In this document: piece by piece, positions 1 to 8,545 of the stretch | Layout of the letters: each line of letters starts with the position of its first letter | Position numbering within the stretch: position 1 is the first letter of the stretch | Program-made: the position numbers and the translations under genes | Notes under the pieces: model-generated | Databases searched by the model: none | What the model was told of the DNA's origin: nothing | What the model saw: the letters and a program-made list of their open reading frames with translations, nothing else | Origin: an uncultured archaeon | GTDB lineage: Archaea; Iainarchaeota; Iainarchaeia; Iainarchaeales; 0-14-0-20-30-16 | Length of the DNA stretch: 8,960 nt | Direction: 5' to 3' | NCBI GenBank assembly: GCA_964565725.1 | Contig: CAZMGA010000015.1 | Span: 6,529 to 15,488 of the forward strand

Positions 1-67
1 AAGAGCTTTTAAGGTATATGTTTTTTCAAACTTTGCCTTTTAAAATGGCTTTTTGTAATTTTAATAT

Positions 68-439
68 TTAGATTTTTTCTATAATTTGTGTTAATCTTTT
101 AAGTTTAGACAATAAATATGTTTTTTCAATATTTGATATTGACGAATTTGTAGTAATTTCTATTTCTAAACCTTCTAATGCAATTTCTAACTTTGTTTTT
201 GAAAATCTAGATCTTAATCTTGTAAGAAATTCATTTTTATTAATTTCAGATTTAGATATTCTATCTAAATTTATGAAATCAAATAATATTTTTTCTAATG
301 GGTTTGATGTAGAAAATGATTTTGGATTTATTATAAATCCAAAATGTTTATGACTATCTATTATTTCTCTTTTATTTTTTCTTATTTTGTTTAATCTAAA
401 TTCTCTTTCTTTTAAATTAATCTGTTTCTTTAATGCCAT
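68..439 (-). CDS. hypothetical protein, small, basic, Lys/Ile-rich (123 aa)
   Basis: Intact ORF with ATG start. Divergent from the tRNA-Thr gene, with a TATA-like stretch (agtatataaat on the minus strand) upstream and no obvious SD, so possibly leaderless. No family recognised. Confidence 0.6.
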   Translation of the reverse strand: MALKKQINLKEREFRLNKIRKNKREIIDSHKHFGFIINPKSFSTSNPLEKILFDFINLDRISKSEINKNEFLTRLRSRFSKTKLEIALEGLEIEITTNSSISNIEKTYLLSKLKRLTQIIEKI

Positions 440-525
440 AATATCTAAATAATTAAATTAAGTAATATTTATATACTTTGTGATATAATTATTATATTAA
501 CTTTTGAAAAAGTACTTTTTTTATT

Positions 526-597
526 GCCTTTATAGCTTAGTGGTAGAGCAGCGGTCTTGTAAACCGCAGGTCGGGGGTTCAAGCCCCTCTAAAGGCT
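526..597 (+). tRNA. tRNA-Thr (anticodon UGU)
   Basis: Full cloverleaf: acceptor GCCTTTA/TAAAGGC, D-arm GCTTAGTGGTAGAGC, anticodon arm GCGGT-CTTGTAA-ACCGC, T-arm GGGGG-TTCAAGC-CCCTC. Discriminator U73 fits archaeal tRNA-Thr. No encoded CCA. Confidence 0.96.
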
Positions 598-609
598 TAT
601 TTTAAATAT

Positions 610-1209
610 TTAATTTAATATATCTTTTTCTGTATTTTCTTTTTCCATAAATTCATTATATTCATTTAAGTCATTAAAATTGAAATCATCTGAATTCTTT
701 TTATATTTTTCAATTGTAGTTTTTATAGCTCCTATTGTAGCTCCTTTTAATAATCTCATTATAACTTCATTTGCAACTTTTATATTTTTCAAATTACCTA
801 CAATAGAAATGGTTTTACCTTGAATAGATATATAACAATCTAAATTATCTTCTAAATATTTTCTTATTGAGCCATCTGTGCCAATAACTCTGGATTTTCT
901 TGTATATGTTGTTTTTTTATTTTTAATACTTAAATCCTTTAAATTTATTACATTAAGTGTATAATTTTCATCAAACAAATTTTTTGCTTTTTCTGGGTTG
1001 AATCCTCTGCCTATTGCTTTAATTACTAATTCTAATCTATAGAACGTAATTGGGTTGGCCTTTTCTGTAGAAATTTCTATATCTCCTGTATTACTATTAA
1101 TTTCTATTTTACTATCAGAGATATCTTCTAATTCTTTTTTTGTTTGTCCATCTTTACCTATAATTGCTCCAATTCTTATTTTTGGTATTTTTAATTCAAT
1201 ATAATTCAT
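610..1209 (-). CDS. KH-domain protein, archaeal Dim2/Pno1 (Krr1-like) ribosome biogenesis factor
   Basis: 199 aa with two KH-like segments (IPKIRIGAIIGKDGQTKKELED... and KSRVIGTDGSIRKYLEDNLDCYISIQGKTISIVGN), as in archaeal Dim2. SD AAGGTGA upstream of ATG. Confidence 0.88.
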   Translation of the reverse strand: MNYIELKIPKIRIGAIIGKDGQTKKELEDISDSKIEINSNTGDIEISTEKANPITFYRLELVIKAIGRGFNPEKAKNLFDENYTLNVINLKDLSIKNKKTTYTRKSRVIGTDGSIRKYLEDNLDCYISIQGKTISIVGNLKNIKVANEVIMRLLKGATIGAIKTTIEKYKKNSDDFNFNDLNEYNEFMEKENTEKDILN

Positions 1210-1213
1210 AATT

Positions 1214-1978
1214 TCACCTTTTATTTTTTAAATTTGAATAATTTTTAATTTCCTCTTTAAATTGTGAGATATTTTTATCTATTCCGTTATTATTAAAGAA
1301 TTTAATTAAATTATTTAAATCTCTATTCAAAAATTCTTTTGCTTTTTCATATTTTGTTGAAACGCTTTGTCCCATATCGAAGAAATAAACTTTTTTATTA
1401 TAAAATATAATATTATATTCAGATAAATCAGCATGAACTAATTTTGCATTATAAATTAAATTATTTAAATTTACTATACACTGATTATATATTTCTAAAA
1501 TATTATCATTATTTGTATCATATTTTAAAGTTTTTTTAGGTATTCCTTCTTTGCCTATCAATTCCATTATAATTACATTATTTTCTTGATCTATTGGTTT
1601 AGGGACATTAACTTTATTATCATATGCATTTTTCAGATTAAAATATTCTCTTTCAGTCCACGCATAAATTCTTTTTATAGGATTATTTGCAATTTTATTT
1701 AAATTATCATTATCAATGTAATCTCTTCTATTATGAAAGTAAGTAGTTTCAATTCTATATATTTTTACAGCTACAAATTTATTATTTGCTTTACCTACAA
1801 ATAGATTTGCTTCTTTCCCTTTAGATATTGGTCCTATAATATAATCTAGATTTCCTCTTCTTTCTATTGTTCTTAAAGACTTTTCAGTTCTATCATCAAA
1901 AACTTCTTTAAAGATTTTTCTTTTAACTTTATCTTTTTGTTGAATAGTATTTGGGTTTATGAAAGATTCATCATTCAA
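1214..1978 (-). CDS. rio1: RIO1-family serine/threonine protein kinase
   Basis: RIO-type P-loop (ISKGKEANLFVG), VAVKIYRIETTYFHNRRDYI, and catalytic/metal loops LVHADLSEYNIIF and VYFFDMGQSV. The start appears to be TTG (1978-1976), preceded by GTGAT at good spacing. Confidence 0.93.
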   Translation of the reverse strand: MNDESFINPNTIQQKDKVKRKIFKEVFDDRTEKSLRTIERRGNLDYIIGPISKGKEANLFVGKANNKFVAVKIYRIETTYFHNRRDYIDNDNLNKIANNPIKRIYAWTEREYFNLKNAYDNKVNVPKPIDQENNVIIMELIGKEGIPKKTLKYDTNNDNILEIYNQCIVNLNNLIYNAKLVHADLSEYNIIFYNKKVYFFDMGQSVSTKYEKAKEFLNRDLNNLIKFFNNNGIDKNISQFKEEIKNYSNLKNKR

Positions 1979-2045
1979 ATTATATCACTTTTTAATATAA
2001 TAAATAAAATAAATAGCGGGGGTGAATATAAATGTTATTAAACAT

Positions 2046-2384
2046 TTATTTAAATGCAGCTAAAATTTTTTTAATTAAATTATCATCAGCTTCAACTTGT
2101 TTATATAATATTGTTTTAACATTATCTTCTGTTTCGGGGATAATATTTAATAATTCAATAATTATTTTTTCACTTAAATTATATTCTGCTAATTTAGTTC
2201 TAATTTCTTTTTCTTTTGTTTTTGTCATTTTTTTATTTAATTTATTTAAGTATTCTTTAGTTTGTTGAATTTCAAAAGGTATTTCCTTTTCGTTTTTTGT
2301 AAATTCTTCAACAATATTATCTAAATGTTCTTTAGCAGTATAATTGTCTATTGGTTTAATTCCGTTTATTTTTTTTGCAAACAT
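2046..2384 (-). CDS. rpoF: DNA-directed RNA polymerase subunit F (Rpb4 homologue)
   Basis: 112 aa. TAKEHLDNIVEEFTKNEKEIPFEIQQTKEYLNKLNKMTKTK... and IIELLNIIPETEDNVKTILYK resemble Rpb4/RpoF. It directly follows L21e, the usual archaeal order. Confidence 0.88.
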   Translation of the reverse strand: MFAKKINGIKPIDNYTAKEHLDNIVEEFTKNEKEIPFEIQQTKEYLNKLNKKMTKTKEKEIRTKLAEYNLSEKIIIELLNIIPETEDNVKTILYKQVEADDNLIKKILAAFK

Positions 2385-2392
2385 ATTTACAC

Positions 2393-2668
2393 CTATTTAA
2401 TTGCCTTTAAATGTGCATTACCCACTAAAACTTTTTTACCTTCATTAGGTACTTCTAATAAATAACTATTACCTCTTTTTTCTATAATAGTTCCTACTTT
2501 ACCAGCAAATCTTCTAAAAGGTAATCCTTCATGATATCTTCCATTAGGTTTTATTACTACTTTTGAACCTAATTCATATTCTTTTAATAAATTTTCTACA
2601 CTTACTTTTTCTCCTCTAAATAAATATCTTGTATTTGCTCTCTTACCAACAGGTTTTTTATTAGTCAT
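2393..2668 (-). CDS. rpl21e: 50S ribosomal protein L21e
   Basis: GKRANTRYLFR...GSKVVIKPNGRYHEGLPFRRFAGKVGTIIEKRGNSYLLEV...KKVLVGNAHLKAI is characteristic of L21e. SD-like TGTGAT upstream. Confidence 0.95.
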   Translation of the reverse strand: MTNKKPVGKRANTRYLFRGEKVSVENLLKEYELGSKVVIKPNGRYHEGLPFRRFAGKVGTIIEKRGNSYLLEVPNEGKKVLVGNAHLKAIK

Positions 2669-2801
2669 TAAATCACATCCATAATAAACAATATAATAAG
2701 AAGTATTATTAAATATATTATAATAAGCAATATTTATAAAGCTAACTAAATAAATTATTCTTATAATGAGTTAATATAAAATATTCTTTCTTAGTGATTT
2801 G

Positions 2802-4427
2802 ATGAATTTGAAATATGTTGATTATCCATTTAAAATAACAATATTTGCAATAGCTTTATTAGTTATATTAAAAATAATGTTTTCTAATAATTTGCAATTA
2901 ATATTGTTTACATCTCTATTTGAAATATCTATATTTATATTAATATTAGAAATATATTATACTTTATTAAAATTGTCTAAGAATAAGATTATTAGTAAGG
3001 TAATTTTTTATATATTGTATGGTATAAATCTAATAATCTCTATCATTAATGGGTATTTTCTAGAAGATCTATTTGTTAGACAAGAATCAATTTTAGAATT
3101 GAATTTTGGTATTATTAGAGTATTTTTCCAGGAATTTTTATCTATTAAATTTTTAATTTGTTTAATACTTTTTTTTGTTATAACATTTTTAATATTATAT
3201 TTTATTAAATTTAAATCTATTGTTATTAAAAAAAAATTATCAATAATTATAGTTTCAGTATTAATTATATTAATAATGCCATTTATGACTAATTTTTCTC
3301 ATCCATATACTAATATGAATTTTTATAAAACTCAACAAATATTAGCTCCTAGTGAAGAATTACCCTTAGATTTTAGTCAATTAAATTTTGAATTTAATGA
3401 TTATTTTGATATAAATTCTAGGTATTCGAAAATTTTTGTTTTTGTAATGGAAGAATCTCCATATTATATGTTTAATGCTGATATTGATAAAATTGATTAT
3501 AATAATAATTTTTTTAAGCAATTAGCAAATAAAACAAATAATTATTCTAATTATTATACAACAGATCAAGATAGTAGAATTGCCTTATTTGCGATGTTAT
3601 CATCTGTTTTTGTACCATATGAATCATATTCTGATAGTAATTGGTTTAATATTTATGGTAAAAAAATATTAAGTAAAAAAAATTTAGTAGAATTTTTTAA
3701 AAAAAATGATTTTAATACCTATTTCTTTATTTCAGATGTCAATGTAGCGTTTGAAATGAAATATTATCCTTGGACAGGATATGGTAAAATGGAAGATAAA
3801 GACTTTTATGATACTAATTATGTTTGTGTTAAATTATTAGAATACCAAAAGGGTTGTGAAGATGAAATATTAATGGATCAACTAAAAAATGTGGCTAAGC
3901 AAGATCAGGTTTTTGTTTATCAGGAATTTGTTTATGGACATGGCCAACAATATATTACTAAAAAAGGATTATCAAGACCTACTTATTATAATAATTATTT
4001 GTTAGAATTTTATAATTATTTAGTTGATGAAGATATGTTTAAAGATTCATTAATTATTGTAGTTTCTGATCATGGATTAAAAGGTACTGGACCAGCTTCT
4101 CAAATAAAACAATATCAAGTTCCATTTTTAGTTATTGCTAATGATTTAAATAATTACGATGATAAAAGATTGTTTAATCATTTAAATTTCAAAGATATTT
4201 TATTACATTATTTAACGGGTTCTGATTTAAATTCTCTTAATAAATCATTTTTTATAGGAACAACTCAAACAAATTATATTGGTTTTGTTAAAGAAAACCA
4301 ATCTTATGCCATTATTAATAATTCAAGTTCTAATTTGGTTAGTAATAAAGGATTAAATCTTGAAGAGATTTCTGGAGATTATAATTTTTTTCTAAATTAT
4401 AAACAATTTTTTGATCATAATTGTTAA
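2802..4427 (+). CDS. LtaS/MdoB-like membrane sulfatase/phosphoethanolamine- or phosphoglycerol-transferase superfamily protein
   Basis: About 5 N-terminal TM segments, then an extracytoplasmic alkaline-phosphatase-fold domain with metal/nucleophile-like motifs: FVFVMEESP, TTDQDSRIALFAMLSSVF, VYGHGQQY, IIVVSDHGLKGTGP. The ATG at 2802 is preferred over the TTG at 2799; GTGAT lies at 2794-2798. Confidence 0.82.
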   Translation: MNLKYVDYPFKITIFAIALLVILKIMFSNNLQLILFTSLFEISIFILILEIYYTLLKLSKNKIISKVIFYILYGINLIISIINGYFLEDLFVRQESILELNFGIIRVFFQEFLSIKFLICLILFFVITFLILYFIKFKSIVIKKKLSIIIVSVLIILIMPFMTNFSHPYTNMNFYKTQQILAPSEELPLDFSQLNFEFNDYFDINSRYSKIFVFVMEESPYYMFNADIDKIDYNNNFFKQLANKTNNYSNYYTTDQDSRIALFAMLSSVFVPYESYSDSNWFNIYGKKILSKKNLVEFFKKNDFNTYFFISDVNVAFEMKYYPWTGYGKMEDKDFYDTNYVCVKLLEYQKGCEDEILMDQLKNVAKQDQVFVYQEFVYGHGQQYITKKGLSRPTYYNNYLLEFYNYLVDEDMFKDSLIIVVSDHGLKGTGPASQIKQYQVPFLVIANDLNNYDDKRLFNHLNFKDILLHYLTGSDLNSLNKSFFIGTTQTNYIGFVKENQSYAIINNSSSNLVSNKGLNLEEISGDYNFFLNYKQFFDHNC

Positions 4428-4482
4428 GTTAAGATTTAAAATAATAATAGTATATTATTAATATGTTAAATAGTGGGTTTAA

Positions 4483-5739
4483 ATGTATATAGATTGGTTT
4501 TTCTTAATAAGTTCTGTAATAACTTTATTTATGAGTATATTATTTTTTTTAAGTTATTTTTCTAGAAACAAGTACGATCCTAAACCTCAAAAGTTTTATG
4601 GTATTAGTATATTAGTTCCTATGTGGAATGAAGAAAACACAATACTAACTACATTAAATTCTTTAAAGGAGGTGTGTTCTAATTATAAAGGTGATTCTGA
4701 AGTTATAGTTATAGATAATAATTCTACAGATAATAGTTATAATATTGTAAAAAAATATTCTAGTAAACATAATTTTGTGAGAGTAGTACAAGAATTAAAA
4801 AAACAGGGTAAAAGTTATGCTTTTAATACTGGAATAAAATATGCGAAATATGAATTAATTGCATGTGTAGATGCAGATTCATACCCTACTCCTAAATGTT
4901 TAAATTCAATGATTGGATATTTTGATGATTCTAAAGTTGGAGCTGTAACGTCTAAAATGGTAGTTAAATCTCCTAAAAATGTAGTAGAATATTTTCAAGA
5001 TTTAGAATATATTTATTCTAATTTTTTATTAACGGCTAGTGACACTTTAGAATCTATATATGTTACTAAAGGGCCATTAAGTATTTATAGAAAATCTATT
5101 TTGGTTAAAATAAAAGGTTTTGAACATCCTAATATAACTCCTACTGAGGATATGGAAATAACTTTTAGAATAAGAAAGTTAGGATATATTATTAAATCTT
5201 CTAAAGATGCAATAGTTTATACATCGGTAATGCCAACATGGAAAAAATTATTTTGGCAAAGAATTAGATGGAATAGGGGAGCTATGATAAACTTTAATTT
5301 GCATAAGGATATAATTTTTAATCCAAAGTATGATTTTTTCGGTTTAGTTTTTATGCCATTAATTACTTTAACCATGTTTATGATAGTCTGTATAGTTTAT
5401 TTTATGATTATGAAGGTTTATAAAAATATTTTTTTAGTTTTACAAAAATTATATTATTATTTAACATTTAAAGAAGTCCCCAATATTGTGAATTATATCA
5501 TGACATTAAAAACTGATTTCTTATTTGTAATTCCAAGTTTTATAATTTTATTTGTAATTATTCTTTTATTATATTTTATTTTAAATTATTTAGGTTTTAA
5601 AGATAGTGGAGAAGAGATAACTATAAAAAGATTATTTGTTCTATTATTAAGTTTGATAATTTATTTCCCAATCCAAATTTATTTTTGGGTGTGTGCGATA
5701 ATAATTCAAATAACCAAAAAAAGTTCTAAATGGCGTTAA
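4483..5739 (+). CDS. membrane glycosyltransferase family 2 (processive type, hyaluronan/PgaC-like)
   Basis: ISILVPMWNEENTI, VIVIDNNSTDNS, CVDADSYPTP (DxD), TEDMEITFRIRKLGY and QRIRWNRG (QxxRW) motifs, with one N-terminal and about four C-terminal TM segments. Confidence 0.93.
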   Translation: MYIDWFFLISSVITLFMSILFFLSYFSRNKYDPKPQKFYGISILVPMWNEENTILTTLNSLKEVCSNYKGDSEVIVIDNNSTDNSYNIVKKYSSKHNFVRVVQELKKQGKSYAFNTGIKYAKYELIACVDADSYPTPKCLNSMIGYFDDSKVGAVTSKMVVKSPKNVVEYFQDLEYIYSNFLLTASDTLESIYVTKGPLSIYRKSILVKIKGFEHPNITPTEDMEITFRIRKLGYIIKSSKDAIVYTSVMPTWKKLFWQRIRWNRGAMINFNLHKDIIFNPKYDFFGLVFMPLITLTMFMIVCIVYFMIMKVYKNIFLVLQKLYYYLTFKEVPNIVNYIMTLKTDFLFVIPSFIILFVIILLLYFILNYLGFKDSGEEITIKRLFVLLLSLIIYFPIQIYFWVCAIIIQITKKSSKWR

Positions 5740-5748
5740 GTGATATAT

Positions 5749-6396
5749 ATGATAGCTGACTCAAAGAAGAAAATTTTTTATAAAGCATTATTTATTACTT
5801 TTTTAGTAATGTTCCTTTCTTTATTATTTGCTTCTCTAATTGTTAATTGGTCTGAAACAGATATTGATAAAGTTTATAATGATATTGTACAAGATACTCA
5901 AGAAATTCAATTATATTCAACGTTTTTTAATACTTTTAATCTAGATAAAAATTCTTGCTCTTTAATGGATAAACAAATTAGGGTTTATTCAGATAAAGTC
6001 TATGAATTATCTAGAAATGTTAATTATTATTATGAACAAAATAATGGTTCAGATAAAGCGAAAGAAATCCAAAAAAATGCTGTTTATGCTAACTTAGAAC
6101 TTTGGCTAAAAGCAGAAAATTATAGTAAGATTTGTGATACTAATAATAATTATTTGTTATATTTTTATCCATATGATTGTGTAGAATGTGGTCCATTAGT
6201 AGATACTATTAATGAATATAAAAAACAATATAAAGAGGATTTATGGATTTTTAGTATTCCAGGTAATGCAGATTCAGATTTTATCAATTTTTTACAAAAA
6301 TATTATAATATAGATTATTTACCTTCTGTAATTATTAATGGAAATGTTATAAAAGGACCAGAATCTTATAAAGAAATAGAAAAGTATTTAAAATAA
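5749..6396 (+). CDS. membrane-anchored thioredoxin-fold protein with CVEC motif
   Basis: Single N-terminal TM (IFYKALFITFLVMFLSLLFASLIV). C-terminal YLLYFYPYDCVECGPLVDTINEYKKQY...FLQKYYNIDYLPSVIINGNVIKGPESYKEIEKYL has the thioredoxin CxxC and cis-Pro-like LPS pattern. ATG 5749 is preferred over GTG 5740. Confidence 0.78.
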   Translation: MIADSKKKIFYKALFITFLVMFLSLLFASLIVNWSETDIDKVYNDIVQDTQEIQLYSTFFNTFNLDKNSCSLMDKQIRVYSDKVYELSRNVNYYYEQNNGSDKAKEIQKNAVYANLELWLKAENYSKICDTNNNYLLYFYPYDCVECGPLVDTINEYKKQYKEDLWIFSIPGNADSDFINFLQKYYNIDYLPSVIINGNVIKGPESYKEIEKYLK

Positions 6397-6561
6397 TAAT
6401 GTTTTAATATATAGAAATTATATAGTAATTGTATTTAAAATAAAGAATAATAATATTGTATCAGTTGTATATTCTAAAATAAATAAAATATACACAAATC
6501 CAATATACATAACATTAGAATCTAATAAAAACAATGATTCATTTATAAACTTTTCTTTTGC

Positions 6562-6569
6562 TATATAAT
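6562..6569 (+). promoter_or_regulatory. candidate TATA box of rRNA operon (tatataat)
   Basis: TATA-like element in the intergenic region about 190 bp upstream of the 16S, immediately 5' of an 8-bp inverted repeat. Several other AT-rich candidates exist nearby, for example tttataaa near 6542. Confidence 0.4.
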
Positions 6570-6573
6570 ATTA

Positions 6574-6597
6574 CAGATTAAGAATTATTTTAATCTG
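6574..6597. repeat. perfect 8-bp inverted repeat CAGATTAA-N8-TTAATCTG
   Basis: 6574-6581 is the exact reverse complement of 6590-6597, read directly. Confidence 0.75.
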
Positions 6598-6644
6598 ACG
6601 ATTTGTATTATGACAAAATTTGAAAATTTTTGAATTTGTCGATA

Positions 6645-6716
6645 TGAGTGCCCAAGATTTTTTTGGCATGATGTAGGTTAGCTTAAAAGATACATTAATT
6701 TGTGTGCTAAAACCAA
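6645..6716 (+). other. 5' half of putative pre-16S processing stem
   Basis: Ordered, nested complementarity to 8297-8340: 6651-6658/8329-8336, 6674-6683/8319-8328, 6691-6695/8312-8316, 6696-6703/8303-8310, 6712-6716/8297-8301. Confidence 0.8.
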
Positions 6717-6753
6717 GTCCAAACAAAATAATTTGCAGACATAAAAAAAGTAG

Positions 6754-8238
<1,485 letters not shown>

Positions 8239-8241
8239 CAT

Positions 8242-8261
8242 AAAGAGCCTTCGGGCTCTTT
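8242..8261 (+). repeat. perfect hairpin AAAGAGCC-UUCG-GGCUCUUU in 16S/tRNA-Ala spacer
   Basis: 8-bp perfect stem closed by a cUUCGg tetraloop, 3 nt past the approximate 16S 3' end. Confidence 0.9.
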
Positions 8262-8296
8262 CACATTTAAATATATTCTAAACATAAATTACAACA

Positions 8297-8340
8297 TTGG
8301 TAACAAATTATATGTAATAGCTAACCTAATCTTGGGCTCA
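8297..8340 (+). other. 3' half of putative pre-16S processing stem
   Basis: Complementary to leader segments 6645-6716. The last portion overlaps the tRNA-Ala acceptor 5' strand. Confidence 0.78.
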
Positions 8341-8406
8341 TGGCTCAATTGGCAGAGCGCTCGCTTTGCAAGCGAGAGGTTCCGGGTTCAATTCCCGGTG
8401 AGTCCA
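8334..8406 (+). tRNA. tRNA-Ala (anticodon UGC)
   Basis: Acceptor GGGCTCA/TGAGTCC with G3:U70 alanine identity pair, anticodon arm CTCGC-TTTGCAA-GCGAG, T-arm CCGGG-TTCAATT-CCCGG, A73. Located between 16S and 23S as in many euryarchaeal operons. Confidence 0.97.
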
Positions 8407-8439
8407 TGGAACTTTTAGTTCCTTGATTTCTCTAAAATT

Positions 8440-8459
8440 AAACAAGGTTTTTCTTGTTT
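8440..8459 (+). repeat. hairpin AAACAAG-GTTTTT-CTTGTTT in tRNA-Ala/23S spacer
   Basis: 7-bp perfect inverted repeat. Confidence 0.6.
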
Positions 8460-8467
8460 GATTCTTA

Positions 8468-8483
8468 GCAATATATTTATTGC
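8468..8483 (+). repeat. hairpin GCAATA-TATT-TATTGC in 23S leader
   Basis: 6-bp perfect inverted repeat. Confidence 0.5.
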
Positions 8484-8545
8484 AATGAAGGTTGTAGTTT
8501 TGGCCAAAATTTGGTCTTTTAAATAAATCCTTAGTAGGCGATATT

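Noticed and set aside
35-49. Near-palindrome GCC-TTTTAAAA-T-GGC near the window start
   Set aside because: Short, asymmetric, and with too little context to support a regulatory role.
2032-2268. ORF track entry, 78 aa on + strand
   Set aside because: Antisense to the well-supported rpoF gene; its low-complexity hydrophobic translation is typical of a shadow ORF.
3663-3712. Several runs of 7-8 A in the LtaS-like coding sequence, considered as programmed slippage sites
   Set aside because: The reading frame is intact through all runs and encodes Lys/Asn codons; no alternate-frame ORF supports frameshifting.
4443-4459. Inverted repeat AATAATA-GTA-TATTATT between the LtaS-like and GT2 genes
   Set aside because: Pure A/T composition apart from the loop; expected by chance in this AT-rich background.
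6397-6640. Possible additional small protein gene between the thioredoxin-like gene and the 16S
   Set aside because: No ORF of meaningful size in the track; the region is AT-rich promoter/leader sequence.
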